Source: Eledone cirrhosa
Taxonomy: Eukaryota
Assembly: GCA_964016885.1 (NCBI GenBank)
Contig: OZ024752.1
Location: 40,548,001-40,612,000, forward strand
Direction of reading: 5' to 3'
DNA length: 64,000 nt
In this document: one piece after another, positions 46,384 to 59,355 of the stretch
Layout: every line of letters starts with the position of its first letter
Position numbering within the stretch: the stretch's first letter is position 1
Position numbers and translations under genes: made by a program
The notes under the pieces: generated by a model
The model's database searches: none
The model's input: only the letters and a program-made list of their open reading frames with translations
What the model was told of the DNA's origin: nothing

Positions 46384-48460
46384 GGTCGTTTTCACTTCAA
46401 TTTATTATCAAAATAAATTGAAATGAAAACCAACAATATATGTTTCAACACAGATTTTCAGATAATAAATCTGGCAAAACAAATTAAAAAACGAAGTATA
46501 TATATATATATATGTATGTAAAAAGTACAGGTAAATTTAAAGATTATTTCTTTCTTTAATCCGACAGAGTGAATATTTTTATAATTGTTTCATTAAATGG
46601 ATTTAAACTTTGTGAAATATTTATCGATTTTCGGATCTAATGGTACCCCCATCAGAAGACGTATATATCATTATATATATATATATATTTGAAAAAAAAA
46701 GGAGAACAATGACTTCACTTGTAGTTCTAAACAATTTGATTTAATTTTATAATATTATAATATTATGAGCTGGTAGATCTAGTAAGTTATTTGTTAACTT
46801 CGGTGGGAAGATTTTAAAAGATTCCTGGTTAACTTTCCTGGAGAACTTTCTCGCATTCGTCGGTGGTGATATATATATATATATAAATATATATATATAA
46901 AGTTATCCAAATGGTATTTACACACTTTATTTTCTATCTCTCATTTATTCACTGTTAAACATACAATATGACCATCTTATTGAAAAATTATTAAATAATT
47001 CTTAAAAAAGTAATAGACTGATAGGCTTGGTGGTTAGAATACTCGAATGTATTCTGCAATGGAAATACCAAACCCTATTAATACCAACTAAGAAATACAT
47101 GCCCCCCCTCCCCCACCATCCTCACAAAAATGTATTCCTAGTAATAAAATATGGCGACTGCTGACTATTTCTACAATTTAATAAATTTTCATTGCCGTTC
47201 AAAATGTATTCCTATTTAATATTTTCGTTTTATTTATCAAAATAATGTTTCTAAAAATTTTTTTTTTCGCAAACCCAACATGATATTGTGTTTATTTAAC
47301 CAAACTTCATTTATATGTTGGGCCATAATATTTCAACATTTCTTTGGTGTATTTTAAAGGTGGTTTGAAAATTATTGTTTTCTGAAAACCCAACACGATA
47401 TCGCGTTTATTTAACCCACTCACCTATACGTTGGGTCATCCCCTTGCTTCATGCATGGGAGATAATTTCTGGGTTATTTCCCTTGCATTTAGTTCCGAAG
47501 GTAATACTCGTATTATGAAAACAAATCCTGCCGGAGTTTAAGGTCGGTTAAAAAAAAAAATGTATTATGCTGCGTACAAGGACTAAAATTTACTACTACA
47601 TTCTCCTCTAGAATTTCTAGTATTGTAATTATTTATATTATTATATAATATATTCTACACTATTTTACATTACTTTATCATATCTGAATCAAAAAGTAAA
47701 TATCAGTGTGTGTGTGTGTGATCGCATACATAGAAATCAACCAGCTAAGATATTACCACACTCAGCCAATTGCGGGTTATTGAGTTTATTTAACCCATAC
47801 TTAGGGTGGGTGACCACTGACTCTTGTTTGTTTTTACTGCTAGGGTTCCACTTACCCTTCCCTCTAAACAAGGGTCTGGTGGGAGACCCGCGTTAGTCGC
47901 CGACCACTTGACGATAAAGTAGGTTGTGCTGGGATTACATGGCATCAGTAGCTGGCAGATGCCTGACCTGACCTGATAGGACCAGAGTCTGGTGGGGGGG
48001 GGGGGGGCGGTTTAGTCACCGACCACCTGACAATGAAGCAGGCTATACTGGGTTAAATGACACCAGTAGCTGGCAGAAGCCTGACCTGACAGGACCAGAG
48101 TCTGGTGTAGTCTCCGACCACTTGACCATAAAGTAGATTGTGCTGGGTTACATGGCACCAATAGCTGGCAGAAGCCTGACCTGACAGGACCAGAGTCTGG
48201 GGGGGGGGGGGGGGGGGGTTTAGTCACCGACTAACTGACAATGAAGCAGGTTGTATTGGGTTAAATGGCTCCAGTAGCAGGCCTAGAGGATGTTGCGGCT
48301 TCGTTTTTTTTTTTTTTTTTTTTTTTATATATTACAACAAATCAAATAACAAAATAAAATAAACAACAATACTAAAATATTCAACCTTGATGACATCCAA
48401 TATAAAAATAGTTCAATTACCTTGGAAACTATTTCAAAGGGCGTAGTGATTGTTAGATAT

Positions 48461-49921
48461 CATGGAACAAACTACCTGCATCAGTTGTTAGCTGTCGAGA
48501 CACTACATCCTTTAAAACCTCCATGGAACAAACTACCTGCATCAGTTGTTAGCTGTCGAGACACTGCATCCTTTAAAACCTCCATGGAACAAACTACCTG
48601 CATCAGTTGTTAGCTGTCGAGACACTGCATCCTTTAAAACCTCCATGGAACAAACTACCTGCATCAGTTGTTAGCTGTCGAGACACTGCATCCTTTAAAA
48701 CCTCCATGGAACAAACTACCTGCATCAGTTGTTAGCTGTCGAGACACTGCATCCTTTAAAACCTCCATGCAACAAACTACCTGCATCAGTTGTTAGCTTT
48801 CGAGACACTGCATCCTTTAAAACCTCCATGGAACAAACTACCTGCATCAGTTGTTAGCTGTCGAGACACTGCATCCTTTAAAACCTCCATGCAACAAACT
48901 ACCTGCATCAGTTGTTAGCTGTCGAGACACTGCATCCTTTAAAAACCTCCATGGAACAAACTACCTGCATCAGTTGTTAGCTGTCGAGACACTGCATCCT
49001 TTAAAACCTCCATGGAACAAACTACCTGCATCAGTTGTTAGCTTTCGAGACACTGCATCCTTTAAAACCTCCATGGAACAAACTACCTGCATCAGTTGTT
49101 AGCTGTCAAGACACTGCATCCTTTAAAACCTCCATGGAACAAACTACCTGCATCAGTTGTTAGCTGTCGAGACACTGCATCCTTTAAAACCTCCATGGAA
49201 CAAACTACCTGCATCAGTTGTTAGCTGTCGAGACACTGCATCCTTTAAAACCTCCATGGAACAAACTACCTGCATCAGTTGTTAGCTGTCGAGACACTGC
49301 ATCCCATAAAAACCTCCATGGAACAAACTACCTGCATCAGTTGTTAGCTGTCGAGACACTGCATCCTTTAAAACCTCCATGGAACAAACTACCTGCATCA
49401 GTTGTTAGCTGTCGAGACACTGCATCCCATAAAAACCTCCATGGAACAAACTACCTGCATCAGTTGTTAGCTGTCGAGACACTGCATCCTTTAAAACCTC
49501 CATGGAACAAACTACCTGCATCAGTTGTTAGCTGTCGAGACACTGCATCCCATAAAAACCTCCATGGAACAAACTACCTGCATCAGTTGTTAGCTGTCGA
49601 GACACTGCATCCTTTAAAACCTCCATGGAACAAACTACCTGCATCAGTTGTTAGCTGTCGAGACACTGCATCCTTTAAAACCTCCATGGAACAAACTACC
49701 TGCATCAGTTGTTAGCTGTCAAGACACTGCATCCTTTAAAACCTCCATGCTTCCTGAGATTCGCCAACACTACACCTAACATTCCCCCCTCCATACACAT
49801 GCACGCATGTATATCATGACTCATACACTGTTCACTTCCCTGACATTTGTATATTATTCTATGTACTATACATGCACCTTTGACGAGTTGTAGTGCACCT
49901 AAGCACTGTACACAATAATTC

Positions 49922-49952
<31 letters not shown>
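48461..49952 (+). mobile_element. CR1-like LINE 3' end whose last coding 61 bp are tandemly amplified (~21 copies, 48461-49749)
   Basis: Unit translates WNKLPASVVSCRDTASFKTSM (WN.LP..VV......FK motif); followed by 3' UTR and (ATT)n tail. Confidence 0.8.
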
Positions 49953-49953
<1 letters not shown>

Positions 49954-50575
49954 TGTAGAATGCTAGAGGGTAGATAAGAGCTAATGTGAAAACCACATCT
50001 ATTTGGAAGATTAGGAAGAAATCTCCAGCCAGGAATGTTACTCTAATGAATCAAACAACATCGTTTTAACTTTTTTTAAAAATATATTTTTGTTGTCTTC
50101 TTTTCTCCGAGGATATTATCTACAGACCATTATGGCGATTGTAGATATAATTATTAATATCAGTTTTTCAGCTTCTTCAAAATATTATATACTATTGTTA
50201 TAATCTTATGTTGTATTAGAGTTTACATTGGATAAGAATCATAAGATATTATAGAACCTCTAGTTTCTTATTTGTGGGGACGGCGAGTTAGGTGGGTGAT
50301 ATATTTTTCATGTTCATGGTGCAACATTGATAGAGAAAATCTGGCTTTTTGACCATAAATAGTTAAAGTCTGGTCTCCTGACCATAAATAGATAAAATAT
50401 GGTCTCCTGACCATTCATATAAAGCCTCTTGACTTCTGACCATAAGTAGATAAAATCTGGTCTCTGGCCATAAATAGATAAAATCTGGTCTCTTGACCAT
50501 TCATATAAAGCCTCTTGACTTCTGACCATAAATAGATAAAGTCTGGTCTCTTGACCATTCATATAAAGCCTCTAT

Positions 50576-52290
50576 ATGGTCAGGTGTCCAGAGTTTATCT
50601 ATATATGGTCAGGTGTCCAGAGTTTATCTATATATGGTCAGGTGTCCAGAGTTTATCTATACATGGTCTGGTGTCCAGAGTTTATCTATACATGGTCAGG
50701 TGTCCAGAGTTTATCTATATATAGTCAGGTGTCCAGAGTTTATCTATATATGGTCAGGTGTTCAGAGTTTATCTATACATGGTCAGGTGTCCTGAGTTTA
50801 TCTATATGGTCTGGTGTCCTGAGTTTATCTATATATGGTCTGGTGTTCAGAGTTTATCTATATATGGTCAGGTGTCCTGAGTTTATCTATATAGGGTCAG
50901 GTGTCCAGAGTTTATCTATATATGGTCAGGTGTCCAGAGTTTATCTATATATGGTCAGGTGTCCAGAGTTTATCTATATAGGGTCAGGTGTCCAGAGTTT
51001 ATCTATATATGGTCAGGTGTCCAGAGTTTATCTATATAGGGTCAGGTGTCCAGAGTTTATCTATATAGGGTCAGGTGTCCAGAGTTTATCTATATAGGGT
51101 CAGGTGTCCAGAGTTTATCTATATATGGTCAGGTGTCCTGAGTTTATCTATATATGGTCTGGTGTCCAGAGTTTATCTATATATGGTCTGGTGTCCAGAG
51201 TTTATCTATATATGGTCAGGTGTCCTGAGTTTATCTATATATGGTCAGGTGTCCTGAGTTTATCTATATATGGTCTGGTGTCCTGAGTTTATCTATATAT
51301 GGTCAGGTGTCCAGAGTTTATCTATATATGGTCAGGTGTCCAGAGTTTATCTATATATGGTCAGGTGTCCAGAGTTTATCTATATAGGGTCAGGTGTCCA
51401 GAGTTTATCTATATATGGTCAGGTGTCCTGAGTTTATCTATATATGGTCAGGTGTCCTGAGTTTATCTATATGGTCTGGTGTCCTGAGTTTATCTATATA
51501 GGGTCAGGTGTCCAGAGTTTATCTATATATATGGTCAGGTGTCCAGAGTTTATCTATATATGGTCAGGTGTCCTGAGTTTATCTATATATGGTCAGGTGT
51601 CCTGAGTTTATCTATATATGGTCAGGTGTCCTGAGTTTATCTATATATGGTCAGGTGTCCTGAGTTTATCTATATATGGTCTGGTGTCCAGAGTTTATCT
51701 ATATAGGGTCTGGTGTCCAGAGTTTATCTATATAGGGTCTGGTGTCCTGAGTTTATCTATATATGGTCAGGTGTCCAGAGTTTATCTATATATGGTCTGG
51801 TGTCCAGAGTTTATCTATATATGGTCAGCTGTCCAGAGTTTATCTATATATGGTCAGGTGTCCAGAGTTTATCTATATATGGTCAGCTGTCCAGATTTTA
51901 TCTATATATGGTCAGGTGTCCAGAGTTTATCTATATATAGTCAGGTGTCCAGAGTTTATCTATATATAGTCAGGTGTCCAGAGTTTATCTATATAGGGTC
52001 AGGTGTCCAGAGTTTATCTATATATGGTCTGGTGTCCAGAGTTTATCTATATATGGTCTGGTGTCCAGAGTTTATCTATATATGGTCAGGTGTCCTGAGT
52101 TTATCTATATATGGTCTGGTGTCCAGAGTTTATCTATATATGGTCTGGTGTCCAGAGTTTATCTATATATGGTCTGGTGTCCAGAGTTTATCTATATATG
52201 GTCAGGTGTCCAGAGTTTATCTATATATGGTCAGGTGTCCAGTGTTTATCTATATATGGTCAGGTGTCCAGTGTTTATCTATATAGAGTC
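50576..52290. repeat. 29-bp minisatellite (~59 copies) forming the foldback loop
   Basis: Unit atatatggtcaggtgtccagagtttatct. Confidence 0.97.
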
Positions 52291-53027
52291 AGGAGGCCGA
52301 AGTTTATATCTATATATGGTCAGAAGATCAGATTTTATCCATTTATGGTCAAGAGGCCAAAGTTTATATTTATGAATGTTCAGAAGTCAAGAGTTTTATA
52401 TGTATAGTCAAGAGGCTAAAATTTATATTTATGAATGGTCAAGAGACTAGACTTTATTTATTTATGGTTAGAAGTCAAGAAGTCAGGAGACCAGATTTTA
52501 TCTATTTATGGCCAGAGACCAGATTTTATCTACTTATGGTCAGAAGTCGAGAGGCTTTATATGAATGGTCAGGAGACCATATTTTATCTATTTATGGTCA
52601 GGAGACCAGACTTTAACTATTTATGGTCAAAAAGCCAGATTTTCTCTATCAATGTTGCACCATGAACATGAAAAATATATCACCCACCTAACTCGCCGTC
52701 CCCACAAATAAGAAACTAGAGGTTCTATAATATCTTATGATTCTTATCCAATGTAAACTCTAATACAACATAAGGTTATAACAATAGTATATAATATTTT
52801 GAAGAAGCTGAAAAACTGATATTAATAATTATATCTACAATCGCCATAATGGTCTGTAGATAATATCCTCGGAGAAAAGATGACAACAAAAATATATTTT
52901 TTTAAAAAGTTAAAACGATGTTGTTTGATTCATTAGAGTAACATTCCTGGCTGGAGATTTCTTCCTAATCTTCCAAATAGATGTGATTTTCACATTAGCT
53001 CTTATGCACCCTCTAGCATTCTACAGA

Positions 53028-53825
53028 ATAATAATAATGGAATTATTGTGTACAGTGCTTAGGTGCACTACAACTCGTCAAAGGTGCATGTATAGTACAT
53101 AGAATAATATACAAATGTCAGGGAAGTGAACAGTGTATGAGTCATGATATACATGTGTGCATGTGTATGGAGGGGGGAATATTAGGTGTAGTGTTGGCGA
53201 ATCTCAGGAAGCATGGAGGTTTTAAAGGATGCAGTGTCTCGACAGCTAACAACTGATGCAGGTAGTTTGTTTCATGGAGGCCTTAAAGGATGCAGTGTCT
53301 CGACAGCTAACAACTGATGCAGGTAGTTTGTTTCATGGAGGTTTTAAAGGATGCAGTGTCTCGACAGCTAACAACTGATGCAGGTAGTTTGTTTCATGGA
53401 GGTTTTAAAGGATGCAGTGTCTCGACAGCTAACAACTGATGCAGGTAGTTTGTTCCATGGAGGTTTTAAAGGATGCAGTGTCTCGACAGCTAACAACTGA
53501 TGCAGGTAGTTTGTTTCATGGAGGTTTTAAAGGATGCAGTGTCTCGACAGCTAACAACTGATGCAGGTAGTTTGTTTCATGGAGGTTTTAAAGGATGCAG
53601 TGTCTCGACAGTTAACAACTGATGCAGGTAGTTTGTTTCATGGAGGTTTTAAAGGATGCAGTGTCTCGACAGCTAACAACTGATGCAGGTAGTTTGTTCC
53701 ATGGAGGTTTTAAAGGATGCAGTGTCTCGACAGCTAACAACTGATGCAGGTAGTTTGTTCCATGGAGGTTTTAAAGGATGCAGTGTCTCGACAGCTAACA
53801 ACTGATGCAGGTAGTTTGTTCCATG
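53028..53825 (-). mobile_element. Inverted copy of the CR1-like 3' end with ~10 copies of the 61-bp unit
   Basis: Reverse complement of 48461-49952 with fewer units. Confidence 0.85.
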
Positions 53826-53937
53826 ATATCTAACAATCACTACGGCCTTTGAAATAGTTTCCAAGGTAATTGAACTATTTTTATATTGGTTGTCGTCAAG
53901 GTTGAATATTTTAGTATTATTGTTTATTGTTTATTGT

Positions 53938-54735
53938 TGGTGGATTGGCAACATCCGTAGAGAGTCGGACACCATTCTTTGCAGCATAGAGTTACGGTCC
54001 TTTACGGTCTCAGTTCAAATCCCGTCGAGGTTAACTCTGCCTTCCATCCTTACGGGGTCGATAAAATAAAGTACCAGTAATACACTGGAGCTTTGATTTA
54101 ACCGACTTTCCACTCTCCACAGAATTCCCCTCACACACTATAAAAAGATAACATCGCCTTTCATCCTTACGGGGTCGATAAAATAAAGTACCAGTAATAC
54201 ACTTGGGTTTTGATTTAATCGACTTTTCCCTCTCCCCAGAATTCCCCTCACACACTATAAAAAGATTACTTTGCCTTTCATCCTTACGGGGTCGATAAAA
54301 TAAAGTACCAGTAATACACTTGGGTTTTGATTTAATCGACTTTCCACTCTCCCCAGAATTCTCCTCACACACTATAAAAAGATTACTTTGCCTTTCATCC
54401 TTACGGGGTCGATAAAATAAAGTACCAGTAATACACTTGGGTTTTGATTTAATCGACTTTCCACTCTCCACAGAATTCTCCTCACACACTATAAAAAGAT
54501 AGCTTCGCCTTCCATCCTTACGGGGTCGATAAAATAAAGTACCAGTAATACACTTGGGTTTTGATTTAACCGACTTTCCACTCTCCCCAGAATTCCCCTC
54601 ACACACTATAAAAAGATAGCTTCGCCTTTCATCCTTACGGGGTCGATAAAATAAAGTACCAGTAATACACTTGAGTTTTGATTTAATCGACTTTCCCCTC
54701 ACGCCAGAATCCCCTTCCTACACACGATAAAAAGA
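53938..54735 (+). repeat. Group A SINE whose body is tandemly amplified (~120-bp unit, 6 copies)
   Basis: gcctttcatccttacggggtcgataaaataaagtaccagtaatacac...cacactataaaaagat repeated. Confidence 0.92.
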
Positions 54736-55318
54736 CAATGTTATAGTTAACGCCTTTACAATATTCTCAACACACACAGAAAACATAGTTAGACGGTAAA
54801 ACGACCAAATAATCTACTTCTAGAAACCACAGCAACAGAAGTCTCTGTGGTTTTATATTTAACAAATTACAAGTTCTAGAAGTTCTGACTTTATACACTA
54901 CGGTCAGATTTAGTGTTGTTTCTTAAGGTGGTGTGAATGTGGGTGGCTTTCTGGTTAAGATATTCGGTTCACAATCGTAAGGTCGTGAGTTCGATTCCCG
55001 GCGGTACATTGTGTCCTTGAGCAAGACTCTTTATTTCATGTTGCTCCAGTCGACTCAGCTGGCAAAAATGAGTTGTACCTGTAATTCGAAAAGGCCAGCC
55101 TTGTCACATTTGGTGCCTTGCTCAATCTCCCTGAGAACTACATTAAAAGTACGCGTATCTGTGGAATGCCCAGCCACTTGCACGTTAATTTCACACGATC
55201 AGGCTGTTCAGTTGATCTGATCGACTGGAACACTCGTCGTCGTAACCGACGGAGAACCAGTAAGTAAGTTAAACATGTTTGAGATAGTTGATAGTGTTAC
55301 TCAGTCATAATTTGTTGG

Positions 55319-55467
55319 TGTGGAGATGGTAGTTATATTGTGTGTGTGGAGATGGTAGTTATATTGTGTGTGTGTGTGTGTGGAGATGGTAGTTATATTG
55401 TGTGTGTGTGTGTGGAGATGGTAGTTATATTGTGTGTGTGTGTGTGTGTGTGTGGAGATGGTAGTTA

Positions 55468-55509
<42 letters not shown>

Positions 55510-55632
55510 AGATGGTAGTTATATTGTGTGTGTGTGTGTGTGTGGAGATGGTAGTTATATTGTGTGTGTGTGTGTGTGGAGATGGTAGTTATATTGTGTG
55601 TGTGTGTGTGTGTGTGTGGAGATGGTAGTTAT

Positions 55633-55673
<41 letters not shown>

Positions 55674-56048
55674 AGATGGTAGTTATATTGTGTGTGTGTG
55701 TGGAGATGGTAGTTATATTATGTGTGTGTGTGTGTGTGTGTGTGTGTGGAGATGGTAGTTATATTGTGTGTGGAGATGGTAGTTATATTGTGTGTGTGTG
55801 TGTGTGTGGAGATGGTAGTTATATTGTGTGTGTGTGTGTGGAGCTGGTAGTTATATTGTGTGTGTGTGTGGAGATGGTAGTTATATTGTGTGTGTGTGTG
55901 TGTGTGGAGCTGGTAGTTATATTGTGTGCGTGTGTGGAGATGGTAGTTATATTGTGTGTGTGTGTGGATATGGTAGTTATATTGTGTGTGTGTGTGTGTG
56001 TGTGGAGATGGTAGTTATATTGTGTGTGTGTGTGGAGATGGTAGTTAT

Positions 56049-56083
<35 letters not shown>

Positions 56084-56096
56084 AGATGGTAGTTAT

Positions 56097-56133
<37 letters not shown>

Positions 56134-56182
56134 AGATGGTAGTTATATTGTGTGTGTGTGTGTGTGTGGAGATGGTAGTTAT

Positions 56183-56217
<35 letters not shown>

Positions 56218-56350
56218 AGATGGTAGTTATATTGTGTGTGTGGAGATGGTAGTTATATTGTGTGTGTGTGGAGATGGTAGTTATATTGTGTGTGTGTGGA
56301 GATGGTAGTTATGTTGTGTGTGTGTGTGTGTGTGTGGAGATGGTAGTTAT

Positions 56351-56387
<37 letters not shown>

Positions 56388-56470
56388 AGATGGTAGTTAT
56401 ATTGTGTGTGTGTGTGTGGAGATGGTAGTTATGTTGTGTGTGTGTGTGTGTGTGTGGAGATGGTAGTTAT

Positions 56471-56507
<37 letters not shown>

Positions 56508-57280
56508 AGATGGTAGTTATATTGTGTGTGTGTGTGTGGAGATGGTAGTTATATTGTGTGTGTGTGTGTGGAGATGGTAGTTATATTGTGTGTGTGTGTG
56601 TGTGGAGATGGTAGTTATGTTGTGTGTGTGTGTGTGTGTGTGGAGATGGTAGTTATATTGTGTGTGTGTGTGTGTGTGTGTGTGTGGAGATGGTAGTTAT
56701 ATTGTGTGTGTGTGTGTGGAGATGGTAGTTATATTGTGTGTGTGTGTGTGTGGAGATGGTAGTTATGTTGTGTGTGTGTGTGTGTGTGTTGAGATGGTAG
56801 TTATATTGTGTGTGTGTGTGTGTGTGTGTGTGTGGAGATGGTAGTTATAATATCACGTGTGTGTGTGTGTGTGTAGATCGTAGTGTAGTTATAGTATGTG
56901 TGTGTATAGATGGTAGTTATATTGTGTGTGTGGAGATGGTAGTTATATTGTCTGTGTGTGTGTGTGTGTGTGTAGATGGTAGTTATATTGTGTGTGTGTG
57001 TGTGGGTGGAGATGGTAGTTATAGTGCGTGTGTGTGTGTGTGTGGAGATCGTAGTTATATTGTGTGTGTGTATGTGTGTAGATCGTAGTTATATTGTGTG
57101 TGTATGTGTGTAGATCGTAGTTATATTCTGTGTGTGTATGTGTGTATGTAGATCGTAGTTATATTGTGTGTGTGTATGTGTGTAGATCGTAGTTATATTG
57201 TGTGTGTGTATGTGTGTAGATCGTAGTTATATTGTGTGTGTGTGTGTATGTGTGTATGTGTGTGTATGTGTGTGTGTGAA
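55319..57280. repeat. (GT)n microsatellite punctuated by the anchor ggagatggtagttatatt
   Basis: Direct reading. Confidence 0.95.
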
Positions 57281-58559
57281 GATAGTTTCTTTTTAAGCGT
57301 TGGAGATATTGGACGTTTTCTGTGCTAAACTTGAACGGAGTGGCGACTGATTGTAGGTGGACATTGATAATGGAGGAGAGATAGGTTTGAGGAAATGAGA
57401 AATAATGGAGGGAAGCAGATCTGGTAGAATCCACGAAAACTTAACTGTAAAAAGGACTCAGAAAAGCTGAAACTAAAGCAGCATAAAGATAAAACTCTGG
57501 AGAATGAGGTCTTTGATAGTTTAGATTATAAAGGAAACCCATGGATGGTTAAACTGTAATCTGGATTACAAGAAAATGTATTTCATTATTAGCAAGCGAT
57601 TGGCAGTATCGGTAGAGGGTCGGACGCCATGCTTTGCAGCAAAGAGTTACGGCCCTTTATGGTCTGAGCTCAAATCCCGCCGAGGTTAACTTTGCCTTTC
57701 ATCCTTACGGGCTCGATGAAAATAAAGTACCAGTAATGCGCTGGGGTTGATTAATCAACTCCCCCCCCCCCCCAAAAAAAAATTGCAGGCCTTGTACCTA
57801 AATCAGAAACCATTATTAACAAATGCTTTCCAGCATAGTTACGTCCCTTTACGATCTGAGTTCAAATCCCGCCTAGGTTGACTTTGCCTTTCATCCTTAC
57901 GGGGTCGATAAAATAAAGTACCAGTAATGCACTGGGTATTTGCTGGCCTTGTGCCAATAGTAGAAACAATTATTAACAAGTACAAAGAGTAGTGGATTAG
58001 CAGTAAGGGTAGAGCGTCGGATACCATGCTTTGCTTTGTGGCATAGAGTTACATAGAGTTACGGCCCTTTACGTCCTGAGTTAAAATCCTACCGATACTG
58101 CCAATCCACCGTCCTAGTAACTGAAATGGTACAGTCCCAGACTAAATGTTTTACAGTATTTCCTTCTGTTACATCCCATTAGAGTCGACTTTAATTTTAG
58201 CATTTCGAGATCAGAAGGGAGGTGGATTAGCAGTAAGGGTAGAGTGTCGGGTAACATGCTTTGGGGCATATAGTTACGGCCCTTTACGTTCTGGGTTCAA
58301 ATCCCACCGAGGTTAGCTTTGCTTTCAGCCTTGCAAAATCGATAAAATAAAGTATCAATTACACACTGGGGTCGATTTAATCGACTTTCCTCTACGCCCA
58401 AATTTGTTGGCCTTGTTCCTAAATCAGAAACCATTACTTTGAGATCAATAAAATAAACCATTAACCATTAGTGAAGTATTGAAACCAATTCGATCAATTT
58501 GCTTATTAATTTGATGTCTGGATCAAAATTTGATAAATCAATATTATGATAAAAGATTT

Positions 58560-58800
58560 AAGAATATTTAGAGATTATTGAGAGAAATCAATATTTAGTT
58601 TTGTCGATCTATATATTGAGCTTGGCAGTGGAGACTTCTGGTGTCCTCGGCTCTAGGGCTACCTCCCTACTCACCACCATAGACGCTGAGCTGGCCAGCC
58701 GCAAGTGTGAGCCTCGCGAATTGGAGTGGCTTTTCCAGCGCGTCTCCCTTGCCGTCTTCCGGGGGAAACGCCTTCTCCATTCTGTCCGAATCAATCAACT
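58560..58800 (+). mobile_element. CRE-like non-LTR retrotransposon C-terminal fragment
   Basis: LAVETSGVLGSRATSLLTTI..ELASRKCEPRELEWLFQRVSLAVFRG. Confidence 0.7.
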
Positions 58801-59074
58801 GAATCAAGTTTTTAAAGCAAGCAAGCTGGTTGTTGAATTAAAACCCACTAAATTTTTATAATAAGCTAAACAAAGACAGGTATTGAGTTTTAAATCTTTA
58901 AATCCTACCAAGATCAACTTTGGATGTCAAAGTTTCGGAGTCAATAACTGGAATCGTTACAGATTGATCACATATCTTCTTCGTCTTCGTCTATATGAAA
59001 TGTGGTTGTTTGACAGACATAGAACACCAGGTAAAATATTTTACTCTTTTACCTGTTCCGGTCATCCGACTGGT

Positions 59075-59355
59075 GGAGGCACGTGGCCTAGTGGTAAGTG
59101 TGTTGGACTTACGATCATAACGTCGTGGTCTCGATTCCTGGGTTGCGTGTTGTGTTCTTGAGCAAAACACTTCATTTCACGTTGCTCCAGTATACTCAGC
59201 TGAAAATGAGTACCAGCAATAGCTGGAGGTTTAACCCTGCGATGGACTGGCGTCCTGTCCAGGGGGGGGGGGGGGGTCTTGTACTCTCAGTCGCTTCACG
59301 CCATGAAACCGGGATAAGCACCGGCCAAATGAGCCTTCTGGCTTAAGACAGACTT
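59075..59355 (+). mobile_element. tRNA-headed SINE with CORE-like box and a V-domain-like segment
   Basis: tggcctagtgg A box, CORE-like box, aaccctgcgatggactggcgtcctgtccaggg. Confidence 0.7.

Larger units (their letters stand above)
48348..53938. repeat. ~5.6-kb foldback: inverted arms 48348-50575 and ~52425-53938 around a satellite loop
   Basis: Unique sequence at 48360-48460 and 49750-50575 recurs as reverse complement at 53825-53925 and 52425-53210. Confidence 0.95.

Noticed and set aside
55319-56850. CRISPR-like repeat-spacer pattern
   Set aside because: Spacers are pure (GT)n, the context is eukaryotic and there are no cas genes.
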